A DNA stretch of 64,000 bases from Basidiobolus meristosporus CBS 931.73 (lineage: Eukaryota > Fungi > Basidiobolomycota). A program made the position numbers and the translations under genes. The DNA lies in assembly GCA_002104905.1 (NCBI GenBank), contig MCFE01000310.1, positions 33,725 through 97,724 of the forward strand, read 5' to 3'. Shown here one piece after another: positions 1 to 11,503 of the stretch; within the stretch, counting starts at the first letter, position 1, and the number at the start of each line of letters is the position of its first letter. The notes under the pieces are model-generated. The model did no database searches, was not told where the DNA came from, and saw only the letters and a program-made list of their open reading frames with translations.

Positions 1-625
1 AAGAAAATATGGCCGGGTCTACACCTGACTTGAGATTGAAAAAATCTGGGTTTTAGACTTTGAGAATGGACAGTAAAAAGCTAGAAAGCTTCAAGGGATA
101 TAACCTCAACCCAACCGCCTACGCCGTCGGCAACCCCTTAAATCATCGACATAAACGAGCCGTTAGTTGGTTTCGCGTTCAGAAGTTTATCCTACCCAAA
201 ACGCCACGGCCATACCTAGAATTGTACGACTCCTCGTGGAAGCTTCAAAGAAGGCGTCTTCTCCTGCATCTACTTTGCCAGGCAATTCCGGGGTTTTAGT
301 AGGGCTCATGCCGAGTCTGGGCGCCAACGAGGCTTGAGAGTTCTTTATGGCTCTTGGGATTTTGGGCAGCCAGCTACTCCCCACGAAGTATCGGAAAGTT
401 GGCGTTTTCATGGAGGTTCGAAGCAACTTGATACCAATTCCCACACCTACTCAACTGAAGATTTACCAAAAGTTTGAGCGAACCCAGTGATGTCAATGGA
501 GATTGATTTGGATAAATCAACCAAAAAATCCACCCAATTGAGAGTGACTCGATAGTTGTCACTGGCGAGGCTGAGATATGCCCCATAGCTCAGTTATGTG
601 AGAGCTATCTGTATCAACTAAAGCT

Positions 626-1182
626 ATGACGTTGGTTCCGGTGCCCAAAGCTTCCAGGGGGACAAAGAGGTAGCCGAGAGCTCTTTGATAGTCAAGAGCA
701 TGCTACAGGATCTTGGTATTTCTGATATGCCTTTGCCTTTGCCAAACGTTACAGAGGCTGTTCTTGGTAAGGTTAGTCACACCTTTTGCACTGCTAGGGT
801 GTGTACAAGTTGCCTTGGAATGTAGCATACGTTCACAGGTTATTGAGTATTGCGAGCATTACCGGAACGGTACCGAGGCTTTTACCGGAGTTGAGCTGAG
901 GGAGATGGTCGTAAGCGAATGGGATCAAGCTTTCCTCAAGGCAGATTACGGGCTGTTAATGGGGGTTATTGAGGCAGCTTCGTATCTCAATATCGAGCCT
1001 TTGTGGTATGCCCAAGCGAACAACCCTCTTGAAATGAGAAAGCTTACTTGATATTTACTATCTCTAATAGTGGTGTTGGTTGTAGAACTCTTGCTGACAT
1101 AATCCATGGTCGAACACCCCAAGAGTTTCGGAAGATCCTCAGGATCGAACTTGAACCCTTGGAGGTGCCTGATGATGAATAA
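626..1182 (+). pseudogene. SKP1: SKP1-like protein, divergent paralogue with an apparent 1-bp frameshift near the start (3 exons)
   Basis: Spliced translation (introns 772-838, 1006-1070): QSFQGDKEVAESSLIVKSMLQDLGISDMPLPLPNVTEAVLGK|VIEYCEHY...SEWDQAFL...IEAASYLNIEPL|CGVGCRTLADIIHGRTPQEFRKILRI...DDE*. This follows Skp1 family motifs. ATG at 626 is out of frame with the body. Confidence 0.75.
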
Positions 1183-1437
1183 GCGGCAATTCTTGTGGAA
1201 TGGAATGCATGACTCCAAATATCCCTTCAGGAAGCTTTTACCTGACCAAAACTCACCATCAATCTCTCGCAAATATGCAGCATTACTATATATGCTCACG
1301 GTCACTGCCTTCATATTTAGTAGGAGTCAAGTCACATCACAATTCGTTGATCAAGTTTAAAAAATCTGGGTTGTTCGAATCCGATTCCACTTGCAAATAA
1401 ACTACCCTAATTCGCCCGAAGATACCCACACCACACA

Positions 1438-2391
1438 ATGTCTTTGTTAGGGTATCGCCCTTCAAAAGAACTCTGCACTTACACTAATTGTTATTGCGAG
1501 GAGAACATCTATCTTTTGTGTAAGCGTATACTAGAGGAAAGTGGAAGCTTAGAAGATGTATATGTAACCTTTATCTCAAATAAAGAGCAGAAGGTAAGTT
1601 GGCTCAACAAATTGCTTCCCATTTCGCCTCTTTACTGCACGTGCTGAAGTGGGCTGGACTTTCAGATTCCCTTGTGGTCCCAAGCGGCAGCAGAAGTTGG
1701 GTACCCGGTGGTATGGGTGAGTTCAATCGTGCGATACATTTCCGTTGGACAAGGGTGAATAATCATGCTGTCTCTTTGAAGGATTATCACGTTATACTGG
1801 TATGGAAGGGAGCAGCAAGGTACTGATTGGAGTGCGCCCAGTTTTTCGACCACAGGTTTTGATCGCTTTTCTTTAGCCTGGTGTACGATTTTGATTCCAT
1901 CCTGCCCTTCCCTTGCCCCTTCAAAGAATATTGTGAGAACACTATACCATCGGCGATTCCGTTACCCGACATCTTTCACCGGTTAGTTCACCTACTCTAC
2001 GCTTACTAAGAGCAACCAACTAATCCCTAGTCATAGGAACTACCGTGTCATTTCGGCCGCTGCTTATCTCGCCACGTTCGCCTCCGATCGTAGCCATATG
2101 GTATATCGAATAGTTTGCATTTACTTGGTTGGTAGAACAAAGTGTTTATCGATTGGAGTTTAGAGAACTGAATCTGGATGGATCAAGCAGCCTCCGACAT
2201 ACGAACCAATCTTCACACAAGGTAACGAGCTGGCAGAGCTCTCTGATTCCAAGATGTTGAACTCATAACTTCGCTATATATCAGAGAGTCGGATGAATCT
2301 TCCTGTCTTCATTGACATGATCAACAACCTGCAATCCAATGCGTATGGGAAGGTGCTGAAGGAGGAGGAGTTTCTGGAGTACTTCGGTTAA
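1438..2391 (+). CDS. NTAQ1: Protein N-terminal glutamine amidohydrolase (NTAQ1/WDYHV1), multi-exon
   Basis: Exons give YTNCYCEENIYLLC, IPLWSQ...PVVW|DYHVILV, VYDFDSILPFPC, YLATFASDRSHM, WIKQPPTYEPI, MNLPVFIDM...EYFG*. Cys/His/Asp triad motifs present. Confidence 0.93.
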
Positions 2392-2530
2392 ATTTGAGCA
2401 TCACAAGCGCGGTCTATAATTTATTCCCGACTCCAGAATAAACAACTCCTCAATGTCAAAATACATTATATATATATATATAATATGTCAAATAATTTGT
2501 ACAATTCTAAGCCAAGTTGAATGGTTCGCG

Positions 2531-4655
2531 CTACACACAAAGTTGAGCTAATGAATCAAATCTGCTCGTGGTGAATTCCAGGATGCAGCTGTTGAATCTA
2601 GATTTTCTGGTCTTAGTTTGGTCAGATAATTTCAGCAGATTGGTGTGAAAGCTTACTCAGTAATATTGTCGACCACACCGACATACAGGCAATCCGACTC
2701 CTCCTCCGGGAAGCTAATGCCTGCTATCTCACCAAAGAAATCGATTTCTTGAGAACGGTCCAGAGATTGAGCATCCAAGATGTGTATGAAGTCGGCTGGC
2801 TCTGGGTTGATATGGTGTTTGGTGTTAGCAAGGTGCACCAAGGTTTACTTGGCGAAGAATGAGCTTCAATACCTGCAGCCACCAGGAATCTCCCATCGGG
2901 AGAATATCGTAAGGATCTGACTGCTCCCATCTGAGTCTCGAAGACTGAGAACGATTTTGCGAAATATCTAGTGTCATACAGCCTATCCCCTACATGTTAA
3001 CATCTCGGTGAATGTGTATTGTGCCGTAAGAATCATGTACCTTAATGTCATATCTAATAATATAATAAAAGATGAGGGTCTGATACAGTCCTTGGTTGCA
3101 AATAGTCAATCTAACCTTGGTTTCCCGTGGCCAAAACTCGCCCGTCTGGGCTCCAACATGTAGCAAATGAATAGTCAACATGCCCCGATAATGTGTTGAT
3201 AACTTGAAGATTGATAAGTATATTATCTATTGGAAATTTGCTGACTCGATCACTTACCTTCTCCAGATTCGGCGTTTAAAATTGAGCAATTGGTATCGTC
3301 TCCCACCACAGAGAGTAATCTTCCATCAGGGCTTACTACTGCACACTTTCGGATTAATCAGCGGATAAGTTAGTTTGCCATTTAGGATGGGTGAGCGAAG
3401 TGGATGTTCTCACGTTAACGGGCCAGTCAAAATCGAACGTCTTGGTTATTTGCAGAGTTTCCAGATCCATTATGCGGATACAGCAGTCATTACTCGATAT
3501 AATAGCCTGAAGAGCTATACAAGATCGATTGTGAATACAAGTAGATATTTGCATCCCAACGATTTCTGTGCCAACCTCCACTTCGTGACCGAGACATTTC
3601 CATATGATTCGTGATCCCATTTAAACTTTTGGTAACCGTTCCGGAGCGGAGATCGTTTTCTTCTCGTAAATTTTGGCAAAGAACTTCCCCATTGAACCCT
3701 GGAATCAAGGTTAGAGAACATTCTTGGCGCAACCGAGTATATATCATGCTTACCCCCCACGAGTAACAGATCTTCTTTACAAAGCAAGCTGCTTGCTTTA
3801 AAGTTGAGCAAGCTTGGATGATCCTCGTAGTCGATTATAGTCTGAGAGGTTCTAGAGACAGGAGACCAATGCTCAACACCGTAACTCGCTAACATGTTTC
3901 GGAAAGACTCAAATTTAACTACAGGAATAGCCGAGATCAACGTATATGAGCTCCATACATGTATAATAAACATCATTCTTGCTACCAGCCCATAGTAAAT
4001 TCCTCAGTTGGAAATGGGCAATAAAACAGGTATCCCTGAGTGATGCGTAATTAAACTTGAAGAAATTCGCATCATTCCGCAAAGGCGATATCTCCTGTAG
4101 TATCTAGTGTGAGATGTTTTCAAAGGAACCTCAATTTGCAGATATAAAAACCTTCAAGATCGCTTCCCGGGAAGTAGAGAGACTACGATAATTGGAATAC
4201 TTCCTAAGTCTACAGAGTCTCAATGAATGATTGCTTAAGTTTGCTTCCTTAATACAAGTGCCTGACCTTTCCCGACGTAATTTTTCCCGGTTGCGCTGAC
4301 CATAATCCCAAGAAAACCCTTGCTGTGGCGAAATCGTCCTTTTAGAAAAACATTCCTCAAAGTATATTGAGGGTTTATACACATACGATATCAGTTCCCT
4401 CGCGAAGATCTTCCGGAGTGACCTCCATCTTGTAGAAACATCAATATCACCAGGAATGATCTTGGCAGAAGGACAAGCTGGATTCTCACCTTGTTGAACA
4501 CCTGAATGTTAGGGGTATACCTCTCTAGCAAAAGTTGTGTTAAGAATAGCAACACTTGAAGATGTTCAGAATCAGTATTGGTAAATACGTTTTGGTTGGT
4601 TATCATTAACGAGCTCGAACGCTCCAGAAGTTTGATAGACCAGCTGGTATTCCAT
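2531..4655 (-). CDS. WD40-repeat protein (DUF2415 / S. pombe C2A9.03-like family), multi-exon
   Basis: Exons: MEYQLVYQ..., QGFSWD...REKLRRER|LRKYSNY, ISSNDCCIRIMD...FDWPVN, GAVRSLRYSPDGRFLVAA|EPADFIHILD, QEIDFFGEIAGISF. Start and stop were placed by manual splicing. Confidence 0.75.
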
Positions 4656-5430
4656 GTGAATGCTTTTGTGAGGACACTGGCGATATTAGAATAAGGACTG
4701 CTAATGGTAAAGAAAGTATTTAAACAAGATATCGATGGTATATGTTGACTTTTCCAGTAACAGCTGTACGCTTTCAAATACCAAGTATCACAGCAAAAAT
4801 CACGTGGATTATGGTGAGGATATAGAACCAATTAACTACAGAACAAGACACAGCTGATGCATCCTTTGGATAAATATAGATGCATGTGAGCATACAATAT
4901 TATAGATGATCACTCGTGAATTGTCGGGTGTAGATTGAATCTCCAACAAGGCCCTCTCATTCTAGAACTCAGATAAATAAAGATTCAATATAAAACACAG
5001 CTTAGCCCTAGCGCCTGTAATTGTTCCTGTAAAGATGCTGCTAGGGGATGGGATCCTATTCTTCGTTCGATAAGCGGGCGTTGTCCGGACCCATGTTGTA
5101 CAGCCAAATGCGTGATAAATTGCTCTGCTGTCAGTTGACTGTTAGACGATCCTTACCAATTAACTATCAATTAGTCCATCACTGTCCCAGTTTCCAATAT
5201 CGACAAAGGTCAGGAGCAGCCTTCCGACGTACAATTTGGTAGTGTCGCAGTCCAAATACAAGCCACCTGTGAATCGAACATTGACTCGTTGGCCCCGATA
5301 AGCAGCTACTTAAAACAGGTCTATTGCAACTTTACATACAGGCTTGCTGCTTGCTTTACTTATACATTTTAGTCAAATAGGTAAACAGACTCAAGTACAG
5401 AGATGGCTGATGCTGGCAACTTTATTCCTT

Positions 5431-7245
5431 TTAACCAAGTATTACACAAGCAACTACGAAGCTTAAATTAATGGTAACCAGTATAAAACTATGCTTCCAA
5501 GACAGTGGCCTCTTCATTGTTCGGAACCCTGAAGTGATCACCTGGGGAGTGGTACGAGTAGCATAGTGAGGGTTTTCTTTTAATTTGTACCCAAGAGCTC
5601 TGAATACCTTTAAAATTCCTGGACCAAATGCACCAGCTACCAAGCCTACCCCTGGTCTATCCAACTGTACTCCCGTTTCGGCGCTTGGTCGCATTAGGAA
5701 CTCCAAAGAGCCCTTGTACTTTTCGCTATCGAAATGTGAAATGCTGCTGCCTTTTGTAAACGTAGTTGGGCTGTAGAGCGAGATCCCTGTCTCAGCAGTG
5801 ATGCTAGCAGCATTTACCAATTCTGTTTCGTTATATGACGATTCTTTCTCCTCCTCACTTGGAAATGAAAAAACAAGGCCATTTGGGACGGTTGCAAAGC
5901 TGAACAAGGCCTGGGCTGCGAGACCGCCAGGTGTCAAACTAAACGCCTTCAACCACTCCGCTTTAGGTGAAGGGGGTATTGCGTTGGCAGAGTCCATTAT
6001 CGACCTCTCGTAGCTATTCAATTGGATATTTTCTTTGCCAGCTACCAGATATTTGTCGAAAATGTTTAGCTTGCGAAAGCCCGTTAGCTTTCCTGAGCCC
6101 GGATCCTCCTCCTTCAGTGGGGGAGTAATCATGTTGAGACCGTCAACATATTTGTTCCAAGAAGAAGCGAATCCTAAGTATTCATTGATATTAGTCCAAT
6201 TATTGCTGTCTGTAATGGAGCGGCGATTGCATACCCAATCCATGGAGCAGCTCGTGGATCACTACATACAATAGCAATGAGGTCAGATCAACGAGCTTGG
6301 GCAACTGACAAGTGATAGAACATGCCTATGTACTCAAATTCGTATTGGTTAGACTTAATTGGACCGTCTTCCTGAGCGGGTTTCGATAATACTGAATTAG
6401 TATCTACGCCTATACACATGTCAGCAGCTTCTTACCTGGAACCAGACGGAGCTTCGCCGATCTGAGTTATGCTCTATATTTGTTGTGAGTAAGGCAGAGC
6501 ATAGGGACGGGGTGACAAGATGAACTCACCCACCTGCAATAATATCGAATTTAGTAAAAGCGAACTGGACTCCTAACTGCTTAACTAAAGCCTGGTTGCA
6601 CGAGTTAGCAAGGCCCAAAAAGATTCAACTGCGGTGCTTCATACTTGAGGATACATGTAATTGGAGTCGATGGAGTTTTCCTCGAACCCTTCCATAGCCC
6701 AATAAGAAGCAGCGCTTGCCTGACCCAAGGTGTTGGATTTACAAAGACGACTCATTTTCGATTCACAGAATCTCCTGATTTAGCACTATCAGAATCAACC
6801 CTATGTATGGTTGGTCGAATATAAGAAGCGTGTACCTTATATTCACTTGGATAGTTATTGGGGATTTGAGGTCCAGTACTGCCGTTATTCGTTGACCAGC
6901 ATTTTCATAGGCATTTCGAATCTTCGTGCAAACATCTTCTTTCGTAGTGGGGTTTGCACATTTGAACTCCTCAACAATAAACATATTTTGGGAGCTGCTG
7001 AGCACGCTTGCGGTACTCTTCCGATCGCCGGGAAGAGCCCAGGTGAGGTTAGACACTGGTTCATATTCAACGGCCTCTACATCAACAAGGTCTACCCTTT
7101 CCAACGGACGAATCATACTCCATTCATCACTTTTGAAGCCAAAAGTAACTGGAGAGCTTTGTAAAATAAAGAGCGAGCATGAGAGAGCAACGAACCAGAA
7201 CTTTGTAGAGCTTCCTATCCAAGACAAAGTCCTTGTGGTTTTCAT
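5431..7245 (-). CDS. Secreted or membrane-anchored putative zinc metalloprotease (HExxH), multi-exon
   Basis: Hydrophobic N-terminal segment. Spliced core YEFEYI|VIHELLHGLG|FASSW. Downstream GSSISHFD...EFLMRP motif. Hydrophobic C-terminus (FILVTINLSFVVACVILG*). Confidence 0.75.
6262..6325 (-). other. Non-canonical GC-AG intron (64 nt) just before the HELLH codons
   Basis: Minus strand reads TAC ATA G|GCATGT...TGTAG|TG ATC CAC GAG. The GC donor restores the frame YIVIHELLHG, whereas the nearby GT donor does not. Confidence 0.7.
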
Positions 7246-7709
7246 TCGGACCTAACAGAGTTCGAAGGGTCGCACGAAGCTAAATTCTTTGAAGGGCCAC
7301 TGTAGCATAGATTCGTAGATCCTCCCCTTACTACAAATCTGGATGAAGGTAGTGCGCTATTGTATCGGCTTACTGAGAGGACGCTCTTACAATAGTTCTC
7401 TCTTAGCACCCGTCTGTTCCGACCAAGAAAGTAGAAGCAACTTGACCAAGTGCTCATATATTAATGTATGTTTCATTATTGATGACAGAAATCGATCATG
7501 AAACCCTCGCCACGGATGTATAAATCCGGCTTGTGTTTCATTTCCTGTTTGAGAATGTTGCGAATATGACAGTCAACAATTTCAACTCCACGATGAGTTG
7601 TGCGATGGTAACAACTTCCAGTTTTATGCTTCTAATTGAACAGATTATGAGTTTATTAAAATGCAGCTGTGTATACAAATTCATGATAAAAAGAAACTAT
7701 GTAGACATC

Positions 7710-8573
7710 CTAGGCGTAGTGTGGATCGCTCTTGAAGAGCTCAGGAATCTTTTCAATACCCGCTTGACCAAAGTTCCAAGCGGCAGCGAGAGCTGCGCAA
7801 ATACCTCCGGAAATCCCTGCGGCACGGAAACCGGCTAGTAATGATAAAAAGATTAGATCCGAAATAGTGAAAATAGATGTTTCTTCACGCATACCTGTGG
7901 ATTTGAAGACTGCGCCAGAGAGAGCTGCTGCACCAATACTGTTGAACATATCGTGTTGGCCACGAGCGGCACCAATTGAGCTGTTGAAAGTATTGTACAT
8001 CATAGCTAAGGAGCAGAGTTTAATATACGACTAAACATGGTGCATTGTGTACCAATGCCTCTTACCAATAACACCGAGAGAGTTTCCGACGAAAGGACCA
8101 CGGCGTGTACAAGAGTTGAGTACAGAGTTCACGCGCAATTTGAAGCTGTTTCCATCAGGCTTTCTAAGACCTTCCATAAGACCCCATGCACCGCCAGCGG
8201 TAAGACCTATGGCAACCAAGCTGATCAGTACTCCGTACCTTTACAAGGGTAGTTTCATCCAGAGTCTCATAAACAAGGTTCACATACCGAATAAGTAACT
8301 TGTACCGGTACCATAGCACAAATCATCACTCCAACCTCTGCTAGGCAAGGCTCCAGCAACGGGCTTTTGACCAACGTTAACGTTGGAGCCCATTTGGTCA
8401 TCAAGGAATAAATATTCAACACCTCCGAATGCAGAAATGGGATGCAACTTATTGGAGCTGACATCCATGCTGCCCAAAAAGTCACTGACGTTCACAGTGT
8501 CTTGAGGGAATTCATTGCTGGCGTAGGTTTGTTGAGGGAAAGCCTCTCCGTTTTCTTCAGAAGTAAAAGACAT
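7710..8573 (-). CDS. TIM23: Mitochondrial inner membrane translocase Tim23
   Basis: LHP...VEYLFLDD, LPSRGWSDDLCYGTGTSYL, LRVNSVLNSCTRRGPFVGNSLG, RGQHDMFNSIGAAALSGAVFKSTG. Confidence 0.95.
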
Positions 8574-8674
8574 GATATGGGTATGAATACGTACAGGAAA
8601 TGATATATAAATGGGCGGGCAATATACGAACCAAGAAGGATGAGGAATATGTATTCAGGTGTCCAAGGTGATCT

Positions 8675-8685
8675 TGAAAAATTTT
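8675..8685. promoter_or_regulatory. RRPE-like motif TGAAAAATTTT in the TIM23/DPB4 divergent promoter
   Basis: Exact match to the yeast RRPE consensus. Function is inferred only. Confidence 0.3.
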
Positions 8686-8950
8686 CGTTCGAAAATTCCT
8701 GGGCTCTGATTGGACTCGAGACTACACAATGGATAATCTACTCCAGAGAAAAATTGATCTGTCTGACACAATTGGTTTGCTACTCAGTGGGAACTTGAGC
8801 TTGAGCCTATTCAATTCATTCGTCAATGGGATGTTAGATGAGGGTTCTTTTTTAGAACTGGTGATTAAGCAGTCCACTGATGGAAGTGTAAACAAATAAC
8901 GTGCTCTTGGGCTCATATTCACATTGGTTGGTTGAACGCAGAATACACCC

Positions 8951-9649
8951 ATGCTACCACTTGACAAACTTGAACTACCGAGATCCGTGTTGGTGGAGAT
9001 TTCAAAGGAAGGGGTTTGTATATTCTGAATGCAGCTTGAGCGTGATTGCGAGTTGACCATTGAACAGTTGCCTTCCGGGAGTATAATCAACAAAGAGGCC
9101 AAGTCGGCCATATCCAGGGCGGCGGTTGTGTTTATTAGCTATCTAACAGCAGTGTATCCTTTGAAACTTTTTCCAACACTTCCTTTGCTTCCCTGTTTAC
9201 TTCCTCAACTAAAAAACCCAGTGCTAACGAGCATGCCGGGACGAAGAAAACCATCTCAACCAATAATGTATTGCAAGCACTGAGCACTGTAGAGTTTTCC
9301 GAGTTTATACCAACCCTGGAACTTGAGCTTATGGGTATATTGAACGCTAACCCGTTTGTGCAAAGTAGCATCTGGATAATTGACCCCGATTCTTGACATT
9401 TTGATAGAATATCGACGTATGATGAAGGAGAAGAAGGAGAGTAAGGCCAAAAGCAATGGCTCTACCTCTGCTGTAGAAGAAGAGGCTGGCGATGACCTCG
9501 AGGAGACCTGCATTGATGATCCGACGAGCCCTGTAGCTAGCGTAAGAAAGCGAAAAGTATCCATTGGATCTGAAGAGGAGGAAGAGCCAAACAAAAATCG
9601 CAGAACGAATGGATCAACTCAATCGCTTGAATCTCCTTCATCCGCATGA
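8951..9649 (+). CDS. DPB4: Histone-fold protein Dpb4/POLE3/CHRAC17 (DNA polymerase epsilon subunit)
   Basis: Spliced: MLPLDKLELPRSVLVEISKEG|LPSGSIINKEAKSAISRAAVVFISYLTA..ANEHAGTKKTISTNNVLQALSTVEFSEFIPTL.. followed by an acidic tail. Confidence 0.85.
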
Positions 9650-9764
9650 GCCTCTGCACCGGCTGAATCTTCTTCATCCCTGTGAGCCTATGCATCGACC
9701 GAATCTCTTCCATCCCTATGAGCCCATACATCGACCGAATCTCTTTCATCCCTACGAACCTATC
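9621..9764 (+). repeat. 4 x 36-bp degenerate tandem repeat spanning the DPB4 stop codon; encodes 12-aa His/Pro repeats in an alternative frame (ORF 9609-9785)
   Basis: Units start at 9621, 9657, 9693 and 9729 and translate NRLNLLHPHEPL / HRLNLLHPCEPM / HRPNLFHPYEPI / HRPNLFHPYEPI. Confidence 0.9.
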
Positions 9765-10330
9765 CGTGTAATCGTTGCTCTCTAACGGGATTGGAACAAA
9801 CTTGTGATCATCTGAAAACTGGTTTGCTTAGTCCGTGGGCCATCATGAATAAAATTAGTCACAGTCCAAGGAAATATCAAGGAGCATGGTGTCTTGCATT
9901 AATTTACAAATCTAGGAACAACCAAGCTACGATTTTTACGTTCATCAAACATTCAGGTGAAGATTTTTGATTTGCATGAGGAAGTGAATTTAAGCAAAAT
10001 CTAGCCACCAGGTAGGAGCAGTACGTAATGAACATCACGCACAGAACCAGATTTTAGCAAATACCCCAACTAGGGAGAGGGAAGTGGTTGTGTGGATTCC
10101 AAGACACTCCATCACAACGGCGTTCCTTCTACAAGACGTGTAAAAACATCCCATAAATGGGAGAGATTTTTCCAGTGCATAAAGTGGTTTATGATTCGTG
10201 TATCAGTGAGGTTAAGCTGGAACGATGGAGGTTAAGGCTGTTGGCCTTATCGCATATGCGAATACTGTGAGACTGGTTTGGAAATCGCTGACATGACAAA
10301 AACTCTCCGGGCAAATAAGGTGATGCTACT

Positions 10331-10378
10331 ATACGATGGCTGCATATCTCACCAATACGATGGCTGCATATCTCACCA
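10331..10378. repeat. Perfect 2 x 24-bp tandem duplication
   Basis: ATACGATGGCTGCATATCTCACCA occurs twice in tandem. Confidence 0.9.
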
Positions 10379-11018
10379 GATTGGATATGAGAAACAGGGT
10401 ACTAGTGGCTGAATCTGCCAGGATGGAATCAATGGAGTCTGCCCTGTGGTAGGATGCCTTAGAGTAGCTTCCAGTATAGAGCCAATGATGCTCCAAATGT
10501 CATCAGGAACAGCTTGAGAATGCCACCCACAAAATATCTTAGTTGGTGAAGAAGGCAGAGCTCAAGGCAAATACGAGATCTACAAATTACAATTGATGCT
10601 CCAATATAGCGCCACCTCAAGGGAGATCTTGAGTAAATCTGTCAAGTGGTTGCTGGTCTTGGAGTACCACCAAACCGGCTTTTCTTGTGGGCAATGTCTC
10701 TAAATGCATCTTGATCCAAGAGTATCTGCCACCAATTGGTGCAGTATGTTTCTGAGGCAATATCATGCAGAGCCGTTAAAACTTTGGGATCCGAAGTAAC
10801 GGGCTTAAGGGATGCTAATTGGATTTCAACACTGTGTTATTGGACTGGTAACGTAGCTCTGGTAGCAATAATAGTGAGTATTAGATACAACTGAGCTGGC
10901 CGTAGTCTCACAAACCTGTTTACTGGGAGGTGAGGTGAAGCCTAGTGTGCTATTCGACCGAAACAGCCCCACCTTGCTGCATTTTTTCTAGGTTTGGGTT
11001 GTTTTTCTAGTGGTGGGT

Positions 11019-11105
11019 ATGTACACCATTTCACCTCCGCCCTTTCGAATCACCATGTACACCATTTCACCTCCGCCCTTTCGAATCATCATGTACACCA
11101 TTTCA
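11019..11105. repeat. ~2.4 x 36-bp tandem repeat, each unit starting with ATG
   Basis: ATGTACACCATTTCACCTCCGCCCTTTCGAATCA(C/T)C at 11019 and 11055, with a partial copy at 11091. Confidence 0.9.
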
Positions 11106-11503
11106 ATTTCCGTAAAGCGCTTCTCCTTGTCACTCGTTGCTAATGACGATCGCATGGATTGTACAGTTCATCAATCGATTGTTTGATTATCCACGCCCTG
11201 GCGAAAAAAGGAAAGATTGGAGTCAATCATCATGGAAGAAGGCTTACATACACTGACATTCATATTGATATGGGGGTTTTACATTAGCATGTAGTGGTAC
11301 AGATCCAACTCCAATTTGGCTGGCTTATCCGCCTTCAGGTCGCATGTGGCCAAGGGGAATAGGTTTGATACAGAGCATAGGGGCCATGGAGTTGGGGAAA
11401 ACCCATTTCCTGTTTCGCCGTCGCTATATAATGGGAAAGTCGGTCACTCTCTCGATTCAAGAAATACGTTCCTCTCCAGTTCATTCATTTTTCCAAATAT
11501 AGC

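Noticed and set aside
1-600. ORFs 60-299 and 187-444, and a short IVRLLVEA ankyrin-like phrase
   Set aside because: No consistent splice model or family motif. It may be the tail of an upstream gene but cannot be supported.
1368-1385. GTTCGAATCC T-loop-like sequence (possible tRNA)
   Set aside because: No T-stem pairing, D arm or acceptor stem. No tRNA or rRNA genes were recognised in the window.
4391-4831. 146-aa minus-strand ORF
   Set aside because: It overlaps, in another frame, the first two exons of the WD40 gene (ATG 4655). No motif.
8722-9111. 129-aa minus-strand ORF
   Set aside because: Antisense to DPB4 exons 1-2 and the shared promoter. Ser-rich with no family features.
9647-9757. 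Repeated in-frame TGA as selenocysteine or readthrough codons
   Set aside because: Differences between units are non-synonymous in that frame, there is no redox motif, and no SECIS was identified. The +1 frame explains the repeat better.
9621-11105. 36-bp repeats as a CRISPR array
   Set aside because: The repeats are directly adjacent with no unique spacers, the context is eukaryotic, and there are no cas genes.
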